DNA of 64,000 bases, taken from assembly GCF_004010195.1 (NCBI RefSeq), contig NC_057719.1:33379520-33443519 (forward strand). Reading direction: 5' to 3'. This document shows positions 12,346 through 26,120 of the stretch, piece by piece (position 1 is the stretch's first letter; each line of letters begins with the position of its first letter). Under the pieces are notes generated by a model. That model saw only the letters and a program-made list of their open reading frames with translations. It did no database searches and was not told the origin of the DNA. Position numbers and translations under genes: made by a program. The stretch is from Chiloscyllium plagiosum. Lineage: Eukaryota.

Positions 12346-12943
12346 GGCCCGAGAGGCAATATCAGTGGCCCAGTGCTGAATGTGAAGCTGTCAGCAGTCA
12401 GACCACATTGAGATCCCCTGCACTGGTTTGCTGCGGAAGGCCTTAAGAAAGAGACTGTAATTTTTGTCTTTCTGACCTATGGTTAAACTGTGTACAGCTG
12501 TAATGTAATTTTTTTTCTTCATTTTTCTGTTTTGAAGCTAAGGGTTATACATCGGTATGTTTGTAGCTACGAAGGCACCGTAAGTGGCGACTAATAAACT
12601 TTTCACTGTACTTATTTGAGTACATGTGACAATAAAAATAATTCAATTCAATTCATTATAATCTTTGGACCAAACATCCTCATGCTACTGAAAACGTTTC
12701 TCCCAAACTACCCTATCTATTCCTTTTAATTTCTTGAAGACTTTAATTAAAACAACCTCTGAGCCTTCTAAATTCCAATGAGTATATCCTTGCACCTTAA
12801 TCTTGAAGTCCTGCTATCATTCTAATAATCCACATTGCACTCTCAAATATTGATAATCCATCTTCTGGCTTCTGATGCCCAGAAATTAATATTAATTGAG
12901 ACATGGTCAAATCAAAGTTGGGGAAGTTATTTTCATTTCTTCC

Positions 12944-13372
12944 TTTAACACTTCTATGCCCTTCTGCAACAACATTGCACCCCACTGCAGTCTACCACCC
13001 CACTGTCACTACAAACAGCACAATCAAAGTTACAAACCTTTCAGTCTTTTCTCAGAGGCTCTGTGCTTATTTAAACACTATATCTGCTGAGCCATGCAAG
13101 TGCTCACTAGCTTTCACTTCTACTCAATATTAGGCTCCTCTGTACAAAATTTTACTTGTCCAGATTATGTGAGAATAACTCAGTTCTTAGGATGCTCAGC
13201 AACTTTGGTGCAACCAACTGAAAAACAGGACCCAATGTCCAAGAAAAGACTGGGTAAAAGAAAGGAGTCTTCCATTTATCGGTTCAGTATAATCAAACAG
13301 ATGATCAAACATTATGCACTAGAACTGAATTTGGAAACATACATAGTTTATGATAACATTGACTTAGAGCAA
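12944..13372 (+). repeat. Direct duplication, copy 2
   Basis: Matches 10769-11204. Confidence 0.92.
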
Positions 13373-13439
13373 TACTTGGCTAGTCCTCCTCTAAAATATA
13401 ACAATTAGTTGTGCACGGAGAACCTCAGCAAGATACGCT

Positions 13440-13905
13440 CGTCTTGGAGGATTTATGGCACTGATTTACTAGAGTGTAGCCAGTGCATAATAAGCTAAAT
13501 TATGAGGATAGTTTGCATAAATTTTAATAAGGATTTGAGGGTGATATAATTGATACCATTAAAATTATTCAACAGGGTAGAGGAAAAAAAATTACTTCCT
13601 TTGGTGAGAACCCTAAAGAAGGAGGCATAAATCTAAAATTAGAACTAAGCCATTTAGGAATGAAATCCAGAAGTGCATTTTCACACATCGTAGAAATCTG
13701 AACTTTGCTTTCCCCCAGAAGACTGTGGACATTGAGTTAATTGAAATATTTAAGCCTGACATTGATAGATTTATATTAGGTAAGGGTATTCAGAAATGTA
13801 TAACAAAGGCAGGAAATCAATTTGAAGTACAGATCAGTCAGGATCTAATTGAATGTTGGATTAGATTGAAGAGGCTAAATGACCTACTGTTGTTCCCATG
13901 CCTTA
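13440..13905 (+). mobile_element. Old CR1 3'-end fragment
   Basis: Decayed CR1 ORF2 C-terminus (IEIFKPDIDRFILGKGI) and a 3' UTR-like GAGGCTAAATGACCTACTGTTGTTCC. Confidence 0.6.
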
Positions 13906-15479
13906 GGTAGCATGAATAAATTGGCTGAAATTTGCATCTCCAAATAATCAGAGATTGGGCATTATCTGAAAGATGCGTGTCAGGATCCCTCAGAGATCCC
14001 GTTGCAATGATTGCATGGTAATTGCCTGAGAAGGTTACATTTCCAATGGGGAATTATCTGTTGCTTGTAACCCTCCAAAAAAGTCCACATCTTCAAGTTA
14101 GTGTCAGAGACTTTGGAGGGGTTTTGATTTATTTACTTCCATAGTTTGACAGGAAAAGTTACAGAAGTGCCCCTAGTGTGCAGAAGGAAAGATAACAACT
14201 TGAGACAGAGAAAATGAGTTTTATTTTTCCACTCTAATGTCTTCCAGCATTGTTGAGAGTGTAATCCAGTCAACCCGATTAAGTGTTTTTGTCAACATTT
14301 ACAAAGAAACATATAAATCCTGCCAAATTCTATACTGTGACCACTCATTAATCTTATAATGCTGCTGGATTCTAGGGACAGAGATGGACATGAAAAGCAA
14401 AACTGATCATCTTCAATGTACTTCTATGCCCTGCCACCCAGACTCTTTGTTGCAATTCTCAACACCGCATGGAAAATCTGACAAATTGTATGAAAGTCAG
14501 AATATTAGTGTACCTTTGTTATTTTTCTTATGGTGATCAGTTTGGTCACCATTTTCTGCCCGTTCTGAGTAGAAAGCCAGTGTCAATGATGTGCAGGGCT
14601 TAAAATTGCTGTGAACTCAGCTTGCTACTACGGGTCAGACATTGTTACCCACTGTGACATTACAAAGCCAACCTTCATCACAAAATAACAAATATCAGTA
14701 ATATATATGATATTAGTATTTTAGTAAGATTTATTATACTCTCAAGATGTCCCAAAGCACTTCAAAACTATCAACTGCTGTTATTGAGCACTTTTACAAA
14801 ATATAATGTAAGTCTGGTGGATTAAAAAAAAATTCAACTTAATCTCCATGTTCAGGCTGAATTTAACTATTGTCACCACTGTTCACATTCTGGGACACAT
14901 TGATTAAATTCAATTGGTAATCATTTACAAATGAGGAAATTAAAATTTATTTCTGATTTTAGCATACACATATTTATGTTATTCAATTAACACTAGAAGT
15001 GCATGTATAGCAATTACTGTAACATTATTAAAAAAAAAATTGATTCAAAGAAAAGGGCAGAACTCAAGACGAGTGAGTCACCATGGCCTGAAGATATATA
15101 TCCTATGATGCTGAAAGATGAAAAAGAGGAGAAAGTGAAAGCTTTCATCACATTGCCAATCCCTGCTTAGTGTGCAACCTCTGATAAGGGACTGAGATTG
15201 GGAAATGTAATATCCTGGAAGGAACAGAAGGATAAACTGGGTAATTAGTTACCAGTTAGTCAAACACTGATAGGGGCCAGTTCTATGTTGTCTTTTGAGT
15301 TAGAGTAGCAGGGGAGAAAACTTCACCTGAAAAATGCTACATCCTGCTCAGAGATAGATTCAGCCTATGGGAAACCAGGTGGGAACGGAGGATAATATGT
15401 GAAAGTTTGAGGATAGTAGTAAGAATAAAATTGGTTTTTCTTTTTTAAATGAGTAAGACTTTCAAAATATGATGTTTTG

Positions 15480-18400
15480 ACAAACTTGTATGCAATTGTA
15501 CAAAAGATGAAAGAACAAAATAGGAAAGTGAATGGCATTTTGGCCATTATTGCAAAGGTAATGGAGTACAAGAACAAGGAAATCTTGCTTCAACTGTACA
15601 GGGTTTTGTTGAGTTGAGATCTGGAGTACTTGGAGCAGTTTCAGTCTACATATCTAAGGGAGAATAAAGCTGCCTTGGAGACGGCAGAGTCAAGTTTCAC
15701 TCAATTAATTCCTTAGCTGAGGGAATTATCTGCTATTAGCCTGAATACATTGTGTCTGAACACACTGGAATTTAAAAAAAATAAGAAGTGACCCTATTGA
15801 ACCATGTACGATTATGAAGAAGTTTGACAGAGTAGACACAGAGGTTGTTTCAATAGAACATAGAACATTACAGCGTAGTACAGGCCCTTTGGCCCTCAAT
15901 GTTGGCTGACCTGTGAAACCAATCAGAAGCCTATTTATCCTACACTATTCCATTTTCATCTACATGATTATCCAATGACCGTTTAAATGCCCTTAAAGTT
16001 GGTGAGTCTACTACTGTTGCAGGCAGTGCATTCCACGCCCCGACTACTCTGAGTAAAGAAACTACCTCTGACATCTGTCCTATACCTGTCACTCCTCAAT
16101 TTAAAGCTATGACCCCCCCCCGCCCCCCACCCCAACTAGCCATCACCATCTGAGAAAAAAAGGCTCTCACTGTCCAAACTATCTAACCCTCTGATTATCT
16201 TATACGTCTCAATTAAGTCACCTCTCAACATTCTTCACTCTAACAAAAACAGCCTCAAGTCCCTTAGCCTTCCCTCATAAGACCTTCCCGCCATACAGGC
16301 AACATCCACATCCTTCCTATAATGTGGTGACCAGAACTGTACACAATACTCCAAGTGCAGCCACACCAGAGTTTTGTACAGCTGCAACATGACTTTGTGG
16401 CTCCAAAACTCAATCCCTCTACCAATAAAAGCTAACACATTGTATGGCCTTCAACCCTTTCAACCTGGGTGGCAATTTTCAAGAATCTATGTATATGGAC
16501 ACCAAGATCTCTCTGCTCATCCACATTGCCCATAATCTTACCATTAGCCCAGTACTCTTTAATACTGTTACTCATTCCAAAGTGTATCACCTTATACTTT
16601 TCCACATTAAACTCAATTTGCCGCCTCTCAGCCCAGCTCTGCAGCTTATCTATGTCTCGCTGTAACCTGCAACATCCTTTGGTATTATCCACAACCCCAT
16701 CAACCATTGTGTCATCCGCAAATTTATTGACCCATTCTTCTACGCCCTCACCCAGGTCATTTATAAAAATGACAATCAGCAGTGGATCAAAACAGATCCT
16801 TGTGAAACATCACTAGTAACTGAACTCCAGGATGAACATTTCCCATCAACCACCACCCTGTCTTCTTTCAGCTAGCCAATTTCTGATCCAAACCGCTAAA
16901 TCACACTCAATCTCATGCCTCTGTATTTTGTGCAATAACCTACCATGGGGAACCTTATCAAACACCTTACTAAAATCCATATACACCACATCAACCGTGT
17001 TACCCTTATCGACCTGTTTGATCACCATCTCAAATAAGGTTTGTGAGGCATGACCTACCCATCACAAAACTGCGTTGACTATCCCTAATCAACTTATTCC
17101 TTTCTAGATGATTGTAAATCCTGTCTCTTATAATATTTTCTAACACTTCATCCATAACTGAAGTAAAGCTCACTGGTCTATAATTACTAGGATTGTCTCT
17201 ACTACCATTTGTGAACAGGGGACAACATTTGATTTCCTCCAGTCGTCTGGCAATATTCCTGTAGACAATGACGACATGAAGATTAAAGTCAAAGGCTCTG
17301 CAATCTCCTCTCTGGCATTCCAGAGAATCCCAGGATAAATCCTATCCAGCCAAAGGGATTTATCTATTTTCACATTTTCTAGAATTGCTAACACCACCTC
17401 CTTGTGAACCTCAATCCCATTATTTAGTCTAGTAGCCGATATCTCAGCATTTTCCTTTGCAACATTGTCTTTTTCCACTGTGAACACTGATGTAAAATAT
17501 TCACTTAGCACTTTTCCAATCTCCTCGGACTCCACACACAACTTCACACTGCTGTCCTTGATTGGCCTAATCTTAGTCTAGTCATTCTTTTATTCCTGAT
17601 ATACCTATAGAAAGCTTTAGGGTTTTCCTTGATCCTACCTCCCAACGTCTACTCATGTCTCCTCCTGGCTCTTCTTAGCTCTCTCTTTCAGTCTTTCCTG
17701 GCTAACTTGCAACTCTCATGTGCCCTAACTGAGCTTTCACATCTCATCCTAAGCCACCTTCTTCCTCTTGACAAGGGATTCAACTTTCTCAGTAAACCAT
17801 GGCTCCCTCACTCCACCACTTCCTCCCTGCCTGACAGGTGCGTACTTATCAAGGACATGCAGTAGCTAGTCCTTGAATAAGCTCCACATTTCAATTGTGC
17901 CCCTCTGCTGCAGTTTCCTTCCCCATCCTATACATTCTAAATCTTGCCTAATTGCATCATAATTGCCTTTCTCCCAGCTATAACTCTTGCCCTGCGATAT
18001 ATTGCTATCCCTTTCCATTGATAAATTGAACATAACCAAATTGTGGTCACTATCACCAAAGTGCTCACCTACCTCCTAATATAACACCTGGCTGGGTTCA
18101 TTACCCAGTACCAAATTGAATACGGCCTTGCCCCTTTTTGGCCTGTCTACATACTGTGTCAGGAAACCCTCCTGCCTACATTGGGCAAACCTGACCCATC
18201 TAAAGTACTTGAACTATAGTATTTCCAGTCAATATTTGGAAAGTTAAAATCCCCCATAAAAACTACCCTGTTACTCTCGCTTCTATCCAGAATCATCTTT
18301 GCTATCCTTTCCCCTACATCTCTAGAACTATTCAGAGGCCTATAGAAAACTCTCAAAAGGGTGACCTCTCCTTTCCTGTTTCTAACCTCAGCTCATACGA

Positions 18401-19120
18401 CCTCAGTAGATGTGTCCTCAGATGTCCTTTCTACCACCTGTCCTTGACTAACAATCCTACACCTTCCTCTCTTACCAACTTCTTTGTTCTTACTGAAATA
18501 TCTAAATCCCTGCTCTATCTATGTCTCTGAAATGGCCACAACATTGAGGTCCCAGGTACCAACCCATGCTGCAAGTCCACCCGCCTTATTCCAGATTCTC
18601 CTGGTGTTGAAGTAGACACACTTCAAACCACCTTCCTGCTTGCTGGTGCACTCTTGCAACCTTGAAACCATATTTCTGACCTCACTACACTCAACCTCCT
18701 GAATACTGGAACTACAATTTAGGTCCCTATCCCCCATTGAATTGGTTTAAATCCTCCCAAAGAGTATTAGCAAATTCCACCCCCACCCTCCAGGATATTG
18801 GTACCCTTCTGGTTCCCTTGTTGGACAATCGACAGCAAGGATGCACAGTCTTAGGACAAGGGTTTGGTCATTTTAGACTAAACCAAAGAGAAATACCTTC
18901 ACTCTGAGGGTTGTGAATCTTTGAAATTTATAACCCCAGATGGTTGTGAATATTCCATCATTTAATTTATACAAGATAGATAGAAATTTGTTCTTTCAGG
19001 GGATGGAGAGGGTATGGGAGAGTGGAGTCGAGGTAAATAAGTTTCTATGATTATATTGAATGGCAGAACAGTCTCAAAGGGTTATACGTCTATCCCTGCT
19101 CCAATTTATGTTCTCATATT
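15480..19120 (+). mobile_element. Older CR1 3' fragment (15480-15852 and ~18816-19120) split by a younger antisense CR1
   Basis: CR1-like coding sequence (ILLQLYRVLLS..LEY) stops at GAGGTTGTTTC and resumes after ~18816 with GGGTTGTGAATCTTTG and a 3' UTR. Confidence 0.65.
15853..18815 (-). mobile_element. CR1 LINE, near-complete ORF2 (APE endonuclease + RT), pseudogenised
   Basis: LKCVYFNTRRI, YRPLNS, MGDFNFPNIDW, VYMDFSKVFDKVPHGRL and LEYCVQFWSPHYRKD; (TTCTATG)n tail at 15853. Confidence 0.92.
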
Positions 19121-21939
19121 TGAAAAACATCTATTGAAAATTTATTTAAAGAAATGTGGCTGAAAGAAATTAAGTAAACATATGGATTTTCGAAGCATGG
19201 AAGTGGTCCACAAAAGAATTGTTAAAAATAAATTCAGACATATGTTTTGAGAGAAAATTTAGCTCATGGATAAAACCTGATTTGACAGGTCAGAAGCAAA
19301 GTTAAGTTAAATAATACATTTTAAATGTTCACACCACTGAATGGTCAAGTAATGTCACTCAGGTTTCAAAGCTGAGTCCAGCTTGGCTCATCATTGGATG
19401 CTTTGCACTTCAATAAGGAGGACACAATCTCAAAATGTGCTAAATACACAAAAGTAGGCAAACAGCCAAAAAACCTCAGCAAAGCGTGGACAACCTAATG
19501 GCTATAACGAAATGGGAATAAGTGTGAATAGGAAAACATGAAATTATATTTTCCATTCAATGACAAATAGCTGAATGGTGTAGAGCTGGTAAGACCTGAA
19601 ACTTGTCATTTCAGCTCAGAGATAGGGCTGCTAGATTCCTTATATATTTCAATACTATTCATTCATTCATTCACCAAACATGTCTGCTTAGTTACCTCTG
19701 TCTCCTAGACATTTAGCATCCTGTTATAAGAATTCAGTACTGACATGGATGAACAAAAGGAATAATATTGTCCATTGTATAATTAAAATATTACAGTGGA
19801 GAAGTTCTGATACATTTGTACAAGACATTACTCATGATTCGAATAGTGTGAATCCCAACTTTGGCTATTTTTGGAAAAACATTACAATTATACAGGGTGG
19901 CTGATTCATTAGAACAATGCCAGAGACAAGAACGTATAATTCTGAAAAGAGATTCCAGATATTAGGTCAATTTACACTGGAGTAGAAAAGTGTGAGGAAT
20001 TTAGTTTTGGCACAGATTTGCAGTGGAGAATGATAGCAAAGCTGCTAGCACTTATTGTTATGACACCACTAAAAACGAACAACAGGGAATCCGTACATGA
20101 ATAGAATAATTTAGAAATTTAGAAAATGCTATCAATGATTCTGCATTTCTAAAGTTATTGATGTCCCCATCCCCTGTGCTCAATCAATGGGAAATCTTTG
20201 AATAGACATAAATGCACACTTTTAGACTACTTGTACACCTTGAATGGAATAAGGTGAAATTGGGTATTTATTGGCAAACTAACTTCATAATTATCCTTAT
20301 TGAAACACAGATTTGGAACAAATAACTACTTTTTAAAAATCTATTGAAGCTCTTCGCTGTAAGGTGACTGCTCTACCTAAACTATGCCTACTGCTCCAGA
20401 TAAACTGGTAGGAGGTTTGGTGCTAGACCTGCCCTCAACAAATAAGGAAGTCCACTCTTGAGAAACAAATTTACATGAAATGAAAATGTCAAAATTCGCC
20501 ATTATGAAGAATAATATTGTAAAAATTTTAAAAGTCATGTATTAAAGAACATTTGGTTATTTACCATCCATCTTAATCCAATCAAAATCCTTTATTTTAT
20601 CATCCGAAAATTTATGAATGAAGGATAAAGTTTTGGGGAATTCATGAAGAGGACTCATTAGTTTACCATGAGTATGCAGAGGTGTTCATGAAATTGTCTT
20701 CATACAGAGAAGGCAAATCAAGAACATGTGAAATGATGCAAGTAACCTTCTCCTGCATTCTTCTATTTATTGTTTCAACAGAGGAAGTAAATGTTTCATT
20801 TTACTTGCGTTAGCAAATTTATTAAGATAAGCAATGCTATATGAATCTTATAAAGACACATATTAGAGCATAATTTTTCAAGTCACTTTATTAGCCATCT
20901 ACTTCACCATTGGAACTATCATTCCTTGAATAATCATTGAATGCTAAACCGCAAGCAATTAAATATCAGTAACATTTCACAGCACAATGCAACCCCAACT
21001 TTCAACAAGCTACCACGAAGACAAGCATTTTGCTTTAAAATTGTTGCTTGACTTAAGTTACTCATGCTACTTCAAATAAACTGATAAAATAGGCACAGTG
21101 TGGCTGCAATATGGTCAAGGCATCCATGTTCAAAACAGCAGGCCTGGCAATGTTCCAACCAGGTGACTGTACTCAAAATGTTTTCAGGTTATATACTTTT
21201 AATTAATAAATTGTTAAAAAGTGAAAGAAACAAGGGTCCAATTCTACCACGAATCACATACTGAGGGACAATAAGGGACGTGCAATATGTGCTGCCCCAG
21301 CCAATGATACACACGTCCAATGAGTGAATTAAAAGAAACTGAATTCAAAGCTGATTTGGAAATATATTACACGTCCCTTGCTTTTCTAATGAAGCTGGTG
21401 TTTAGCTATTTTCTTGAACTTCTGCAGTCCAAACACTATGGAATCAGAATTTCTGATCATTTCCAACATTCTCTCTTTATTTGCAGCTTCTACAGTCTTT
21501 TTACTTTGGTTTCTAAGTATTTTCAATCTTCCTCACAGAATGAAAATCCAGTCAAATCCAAACTAGTTGTCCAAATACAATCAAGCTCCTAGCTCGAATA
21601 CAAAGAATGACCTAATTTCAAACCACAGGTGTATACTCTGTTGCAAAGTTAAGTACTATCTTCTGAGTAACACATCTCTTCATGTCTCAGGAGTATCTCT
21701 GTACAGCATCACATGCACCAGCATGAGACAGAGCAGTCGATTAGTCAGTAACACTGTCAATCGACTTATGGTTTTCTCTTGCATTTCTTTACTTTCTCAG
21801 TACAATTTCTGACCTTTCCTGATCAAAGCTACTTCACTAGAATTGTCACAAATGTGTAAAGCAATTGTAAACTTCTGCAAATTTGAATCTGTGTTTGATC
21901 TAGTGCCTGAGAAGTGACAATGTGACATAGATTACTTAC

Positions 21940-22114
21940 AGTATACATCTACTCTGATGGATTTGATTGCAGGGGTGCTCAAGCCATTGTCAGCCTTGCA
22001 GTAGTAACGGCCTCCCTGGTGACGTTGGATTTTTGTGATCCTCAGGGTCTCATTGAAGACACTGTTGTCGTGAAACCTGTCAGAGGCACTTCCTGCTGTT
22101 TTGGTCCATCTGAT
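21940..22114 (-). CDS. MDGA2: MDGA2 coding exon, C-terminal half of Ig domain 1 (IRWTKTAGSASDRFHDNSVFNETLRITKIQRHQGGRYYCKADNGLSTPAIKSIRVDVY)
   Basis: 175-bp exon with a GCTCAG acceptor and a T|GTAAGT donor. It joins in frame to the 33351-33490 exon across an 11,236-bp phase-0 intron and supplies the Ig Trp and the YYC cysteine. Confidence 0.95.
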
Positions 22115-22869
22115 CTGAGCAAGCATCATTAGAAATGGTTATTATACTTAAAGCAGAAGGCACAATAAGAGTCTACCAATTAATAAAATAGACTGCTGAA
22201 TTATTTAGAATCTGTTAGACTTGTGAAAATTTAGATGAATACAGAACCTAAATATATTTTAAGCCATTTTGATCATCAAAGGATTAAAAAAAAATGTGCT
22301 GGAAAAGATTCAAAGATATACAGGGTCCCTGCGCCCGGACTAAAATCGCTTAGTCTGAACAACATTGTGACCAAACTTTACTCTCAATTAATTAACATTC
22401 CCTAATGTTCCATCATTCCATAGAAACTTTGGGTAAAGGTCAATCTTTTACCATGTTGTTGTATCTGGGAGACCATCATATTCGTTAATAAGATGTTCTT
22501 TATTAACAGATGTTGCTTTATTTGATTCTCAAAAAGGCAACAGTAAAGGACACCATTTTGCAAATTTTCAAGAAATGCTGAACCTTTAGATTTGAAACTG
22601 AAAATTCACTGCATTTAACTTTACTCAGTATTTTGACAGCATCATATCAGGTATAAACAATGGCCAATGGTTTGCTTCAGGACCAGGAATCAGGAGTCAG
22701 GACATTTCCTCATTTGAAACCCACCCTGAGGAAAAACAGAGGAAACCACTTAATAGGTGTGGAGATAGTCTCCCTGTCCAGTTAAGGGGGTGTGATGGAG
22801 GAAAAGCATTTTCTCAAAATTGTTTTCAATTTGTCTTACATTTGTTGGGAAAGTGCAATATGTTTCCAC

Positions 22870-23435
22870 AATAATATTATGTTGCATTCTTATTGAAATT
22901 GATTTTCAAGCACTTTGAGATTTTTGACTTGGACATTCTGAACATTCTTATTTAGTTCTTTCTAAGCAAAGTCAACAGTTTCCAGTTTTTAACAGTATTT
23001 TGTGAACTCTTCCCCTGTCTGGCTTCCTCCTGCTTTGAATATCTGGATCTGTTCCTTTATACCACACATCTCAGTCTCTTTATTCCCTAAATTATACTGG
23101 ATTTCTGATACTTACAAATCATTGAGTGTTAATTGAAGATCTATGGAGTTTGCTTCAGCCCTCATTCAAGTGTCCTAGTTTTTGTGATTGACACTGAATT
23201 GTTCTCATTAATTCTGATTTTTCATGAGCAAACTTATTTATGTTGACAAAGGTTGCTTCTCTGCATTGATCAATTCGTCCTTCAGTGGCTCATTATTAGC
23301 AATAAGCTTTTTGTGTTTGGCCACAGTAAATTTGAGGAGCTTCACAAACTCAACATAATCACGCAACCGCTTGATGTTATTCTCTGAACCAGCAACTTTA
23401 AAGACTAGAGCTGCTTCTGTTTTCTTCAGAAAAGT
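22870..23435 (-). repeat. Left arm of a ~565-bp inverted duplication
   Basis: Reverse complement of 24587-25151; an identical peptide is encoded on opposite strands (FLKKTEAALVFK...KQPLST). Confidence 0.93.
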
Positions 23436-23443
23436 GCACAAGA

Positions 23444-23539
23444 ATTCCTGAAGAAGGGCCTGTGCCCGAAACGTCGAATCTCCTGTTCCCTGGATGCTGC
23501 CTGACCTGCTGTGCTGTTCCAGCAATAAAGTTTCAACTT
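23444..23539 (+). mobile_element. Solo Penelope-terminus mini-element with an intact hammerhead motif (23444-23479)
   Basis: ATTC CTGAAGA A GGGC CTGT GCCC GAAA CGTC GAAT followed by the same body as 8284-8373. Confidence 0.88.
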
Positions 23540-24586
23540 GGGAAAGTGCAACCAAGTTGTCCTCTGCCAAAGCAGAAGTAGTGTCTCTTGCTGCTGTTAG
23601 TACACAGCAGGCAATTAGGAAGAGTCTCATAAAATGATAATTCCATGGATGCAAAAAATGGTTAGGCTTAATAGAAGTCTTGAAAGCCATTGATAGCTCA
23701 CTATAGTTGGGAGTGGGGTTAAGAAAGCACACAAGTAACATTTGCCTAATGCACTGCTGGAGGGCTGATGCCAAGATAAATTCAGTAGCAACTTCATGAA
23801 ATGAGCTATTTTATAAAAGTTGGAATTGTTCCAATAATTAGATGCTTAGGAGCAATCTCAGAACTGTTGAGGAACTCAGTTTCAGGAGAACAACCGGCAC
23901 ATGAACAACTATTGAGGCAATCCAAATCAAAGAGACTTTGTGTGTATTCCAAACTTAGACCATTAAGAGCGTTAATTTGGAATTCCTCACCAAGGAAATA
24001 GATTTTAATTAGCTTTAGTGACGCAATATCTTTAAAGTCTGTGTGGAATCTATCTTGACCAGATCGACTACTTGTAATAGAGCTGGCAAAGTATTTGACC
24101 ATATTTATTATGTTAATACATATTTACTTCCTATTAATACTGATTGCTTGTAAGGTGTGTACATAACGCATATAGTTAAGAGTTATTATCTCAAATATTC
24201 AGTATATTTATTTATTCAATATTGTTTATGTTTGATTTATTCAAATTTGTATACTATAGTGCAAATTGTTTTGTATTTCAACTTAACTGTGGAAACCTGC
24301 CACTTATTTCCTTACCCTAGGTTCTTCCACACATTCAGTTCTTTAAAATATAATGGTCTATCCAGCCTAATCATAAAGATCTGGCTTGTCCAGTATTTTC
24401 ATAACTGGGATCATAAAGTATGTTATAGCAAGATCGAAAAAAAATCTAAGATTACAGAATGCTGAGACCAAGTAGCATCTTCAAACATTTCAAAAAAGAT
24501 GATTCAGTGGAACTCAATGGAATTAAACAAATAGGATTTCATGGTAAAATGTATGGTATTTGTTGAAAATGACTGTCCTTGCTACA

Positions 24587-25151
24587 ACTTTTCTGAAGAA
24601 AACAGAAGCAGCTCTAGTCTTTAAAGTTGCTGGTTCAGAGAATAACATCAAGCGGTTGCGTGATTATGTTGAGTTTGTGAAGCTCCTCAAATTTACTGTG
24701 GCCAAACACAAAAAGCTTATTGCTAATAATGAGCCACTGAAGGACGAATTGATCAATGCAGAGAAGCAACCTTTGTCAACATAAATAAGTTTGCTCATGA
24801 AAAATCAGAATTAATGAGAACAATTCAGTGTCAATCACAAAAACTAGGACACTTGAATGAGGGCTGAAGCAAACTCCATAGATCTTCAATTAACACTCAA
24901 TGATTTGTAAGTATCAGAAATCCAGTATAATTTAGGGAATAAAGAGACTGAGATGTGTGGTATAAAGGAACAGATCCAGATATTCAAAGCAGGAGGAAGC
25001 CAGACAGGGGAAGAGTTCACAAAATACTGTTAAAAACTGGAAACTGTTGACTTTGCTTAGAAAGAACTAAATAAGAATGTTCAGAATGTCCAAGTCAAAA
25101 ATCTCAAAGTGCTTGAAAATCAATTTCAATAAGAATGCAACATAATATTAT
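24587..25151 (+). repeat. Right arm of a ~565-bp inverted duplication
   Basis: Reverse complement of 22870-23435. Confidence 0.93.
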
Positions 25152-25329
25152 GTGAACATAAAAAATATCAATAACAACAAGTTATACTTTAAAAGTGGAG
25201 CACAGTAAGATCAGTCCCAAATGCTTTACGGGGGTACTATAACACAACAAAAACCAACTGATATAAGAATATATTAAGTCAGATGACAAAACAAATTTGG
25301 CAAAGAGGTAGGTATAGATGTTATAATGT

Positions 25330-26120
25330 ATCTTGAATGAAGTAGGCAAGGTAGAGAGTGGAAAGGTGTAGGGAGGTAATGCCAGGCCTAGTGTTGGAGC
25401 AATGATAGCTAGAAATGCACAAGGGACTGGGATGAGAAGAGCTGGGTATCTCAGGGGTTTGAGCTGAAAATGTGTTGCTAGAAAAGCACAGCAGGTCAGG
25501 CAGCATCCAGGGAACAGGAGAATCGACGTTTCGGGCATAAGCCCTTCGGGGTTTGCAATGCTTGAGGAGATTAGAATGATAGTAAGGCATGAGGCTATGG
25601 AGGGAGTTGAATACAAATTTAGAAAATTAAAGTGAACATGTTGCTTGCCTAGGAGTCAATGTCAGTCAGGAAGTACGAGAAGAGTGGTGAAAGGAACTTG
25701 CTATAATAGAGTTTTGGATAACCTTAGGTTTAAAGGCAGTGGAATGTGGGGGACGAGCCATGAGTGCACCAGAAGACATGATGTTAATGACAATGAATGA
25801 ATGAGGATTTCAGTGGCTGATCAACTGAAACAGGGTCAATGTTGACTAACGTTGTAAAAGTGAAAATAGGCACTGTTAGTGAAGACCGAAATATGAGCTT
25901 GGAAGCTCCTCTCAGGATCAGATCTGATGCCAAGGTTTTGAACAGACTGGCTTAATTCAAGATTTTTGTCAGAGAAAGGGATGGAGTTAGTAGCTAGGGA
26001 ACAGAGTTTGAAAATGGGGACCAAAAACAAGGGTTTCAATCTTCTAATAGTAACTCAGGGGAAATCTCAGCTCATCCAGTACTCGATGTTGAATAAGCAG
26101 AAAGGTAATTTACAAAAAAA
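25330..26120 (-). mobile_element. Highly decayed L2-type LINE fragment
   Basis: Minus-strand peptide LSQSVQNLGIRSDPERSFQAHISVFTNSAYFH resembles the L2 ORF2 C-terminal region. Confidence 0.55.
25462..25547 (-). mobile_element. Penelope-terminus mini-element, truncated within the hammerhead core
   Basis: GAAAAGCACAGCAGGTCAGGCAGCATCC..GACGTTTCGGGCATAAGCCCTTC; flanking repeat GGGGTTTG at 25454-25461 and 25548-25555. Confidence 0.8.

Noticed and set aside
19150..20300. Very old CR1-like remnant (also ~30290-30720)
   Set aside because: Only faint resemblance; boundaries cannot be supported by eye.
23238..24784. ORFs 23238-23774 (-) and 24560-24784 (+) as protein genes
   Set aside because: Their identity comes from the inverted duplication; the longer ORF reads through a mini-element; no recognisable domain or splice support.
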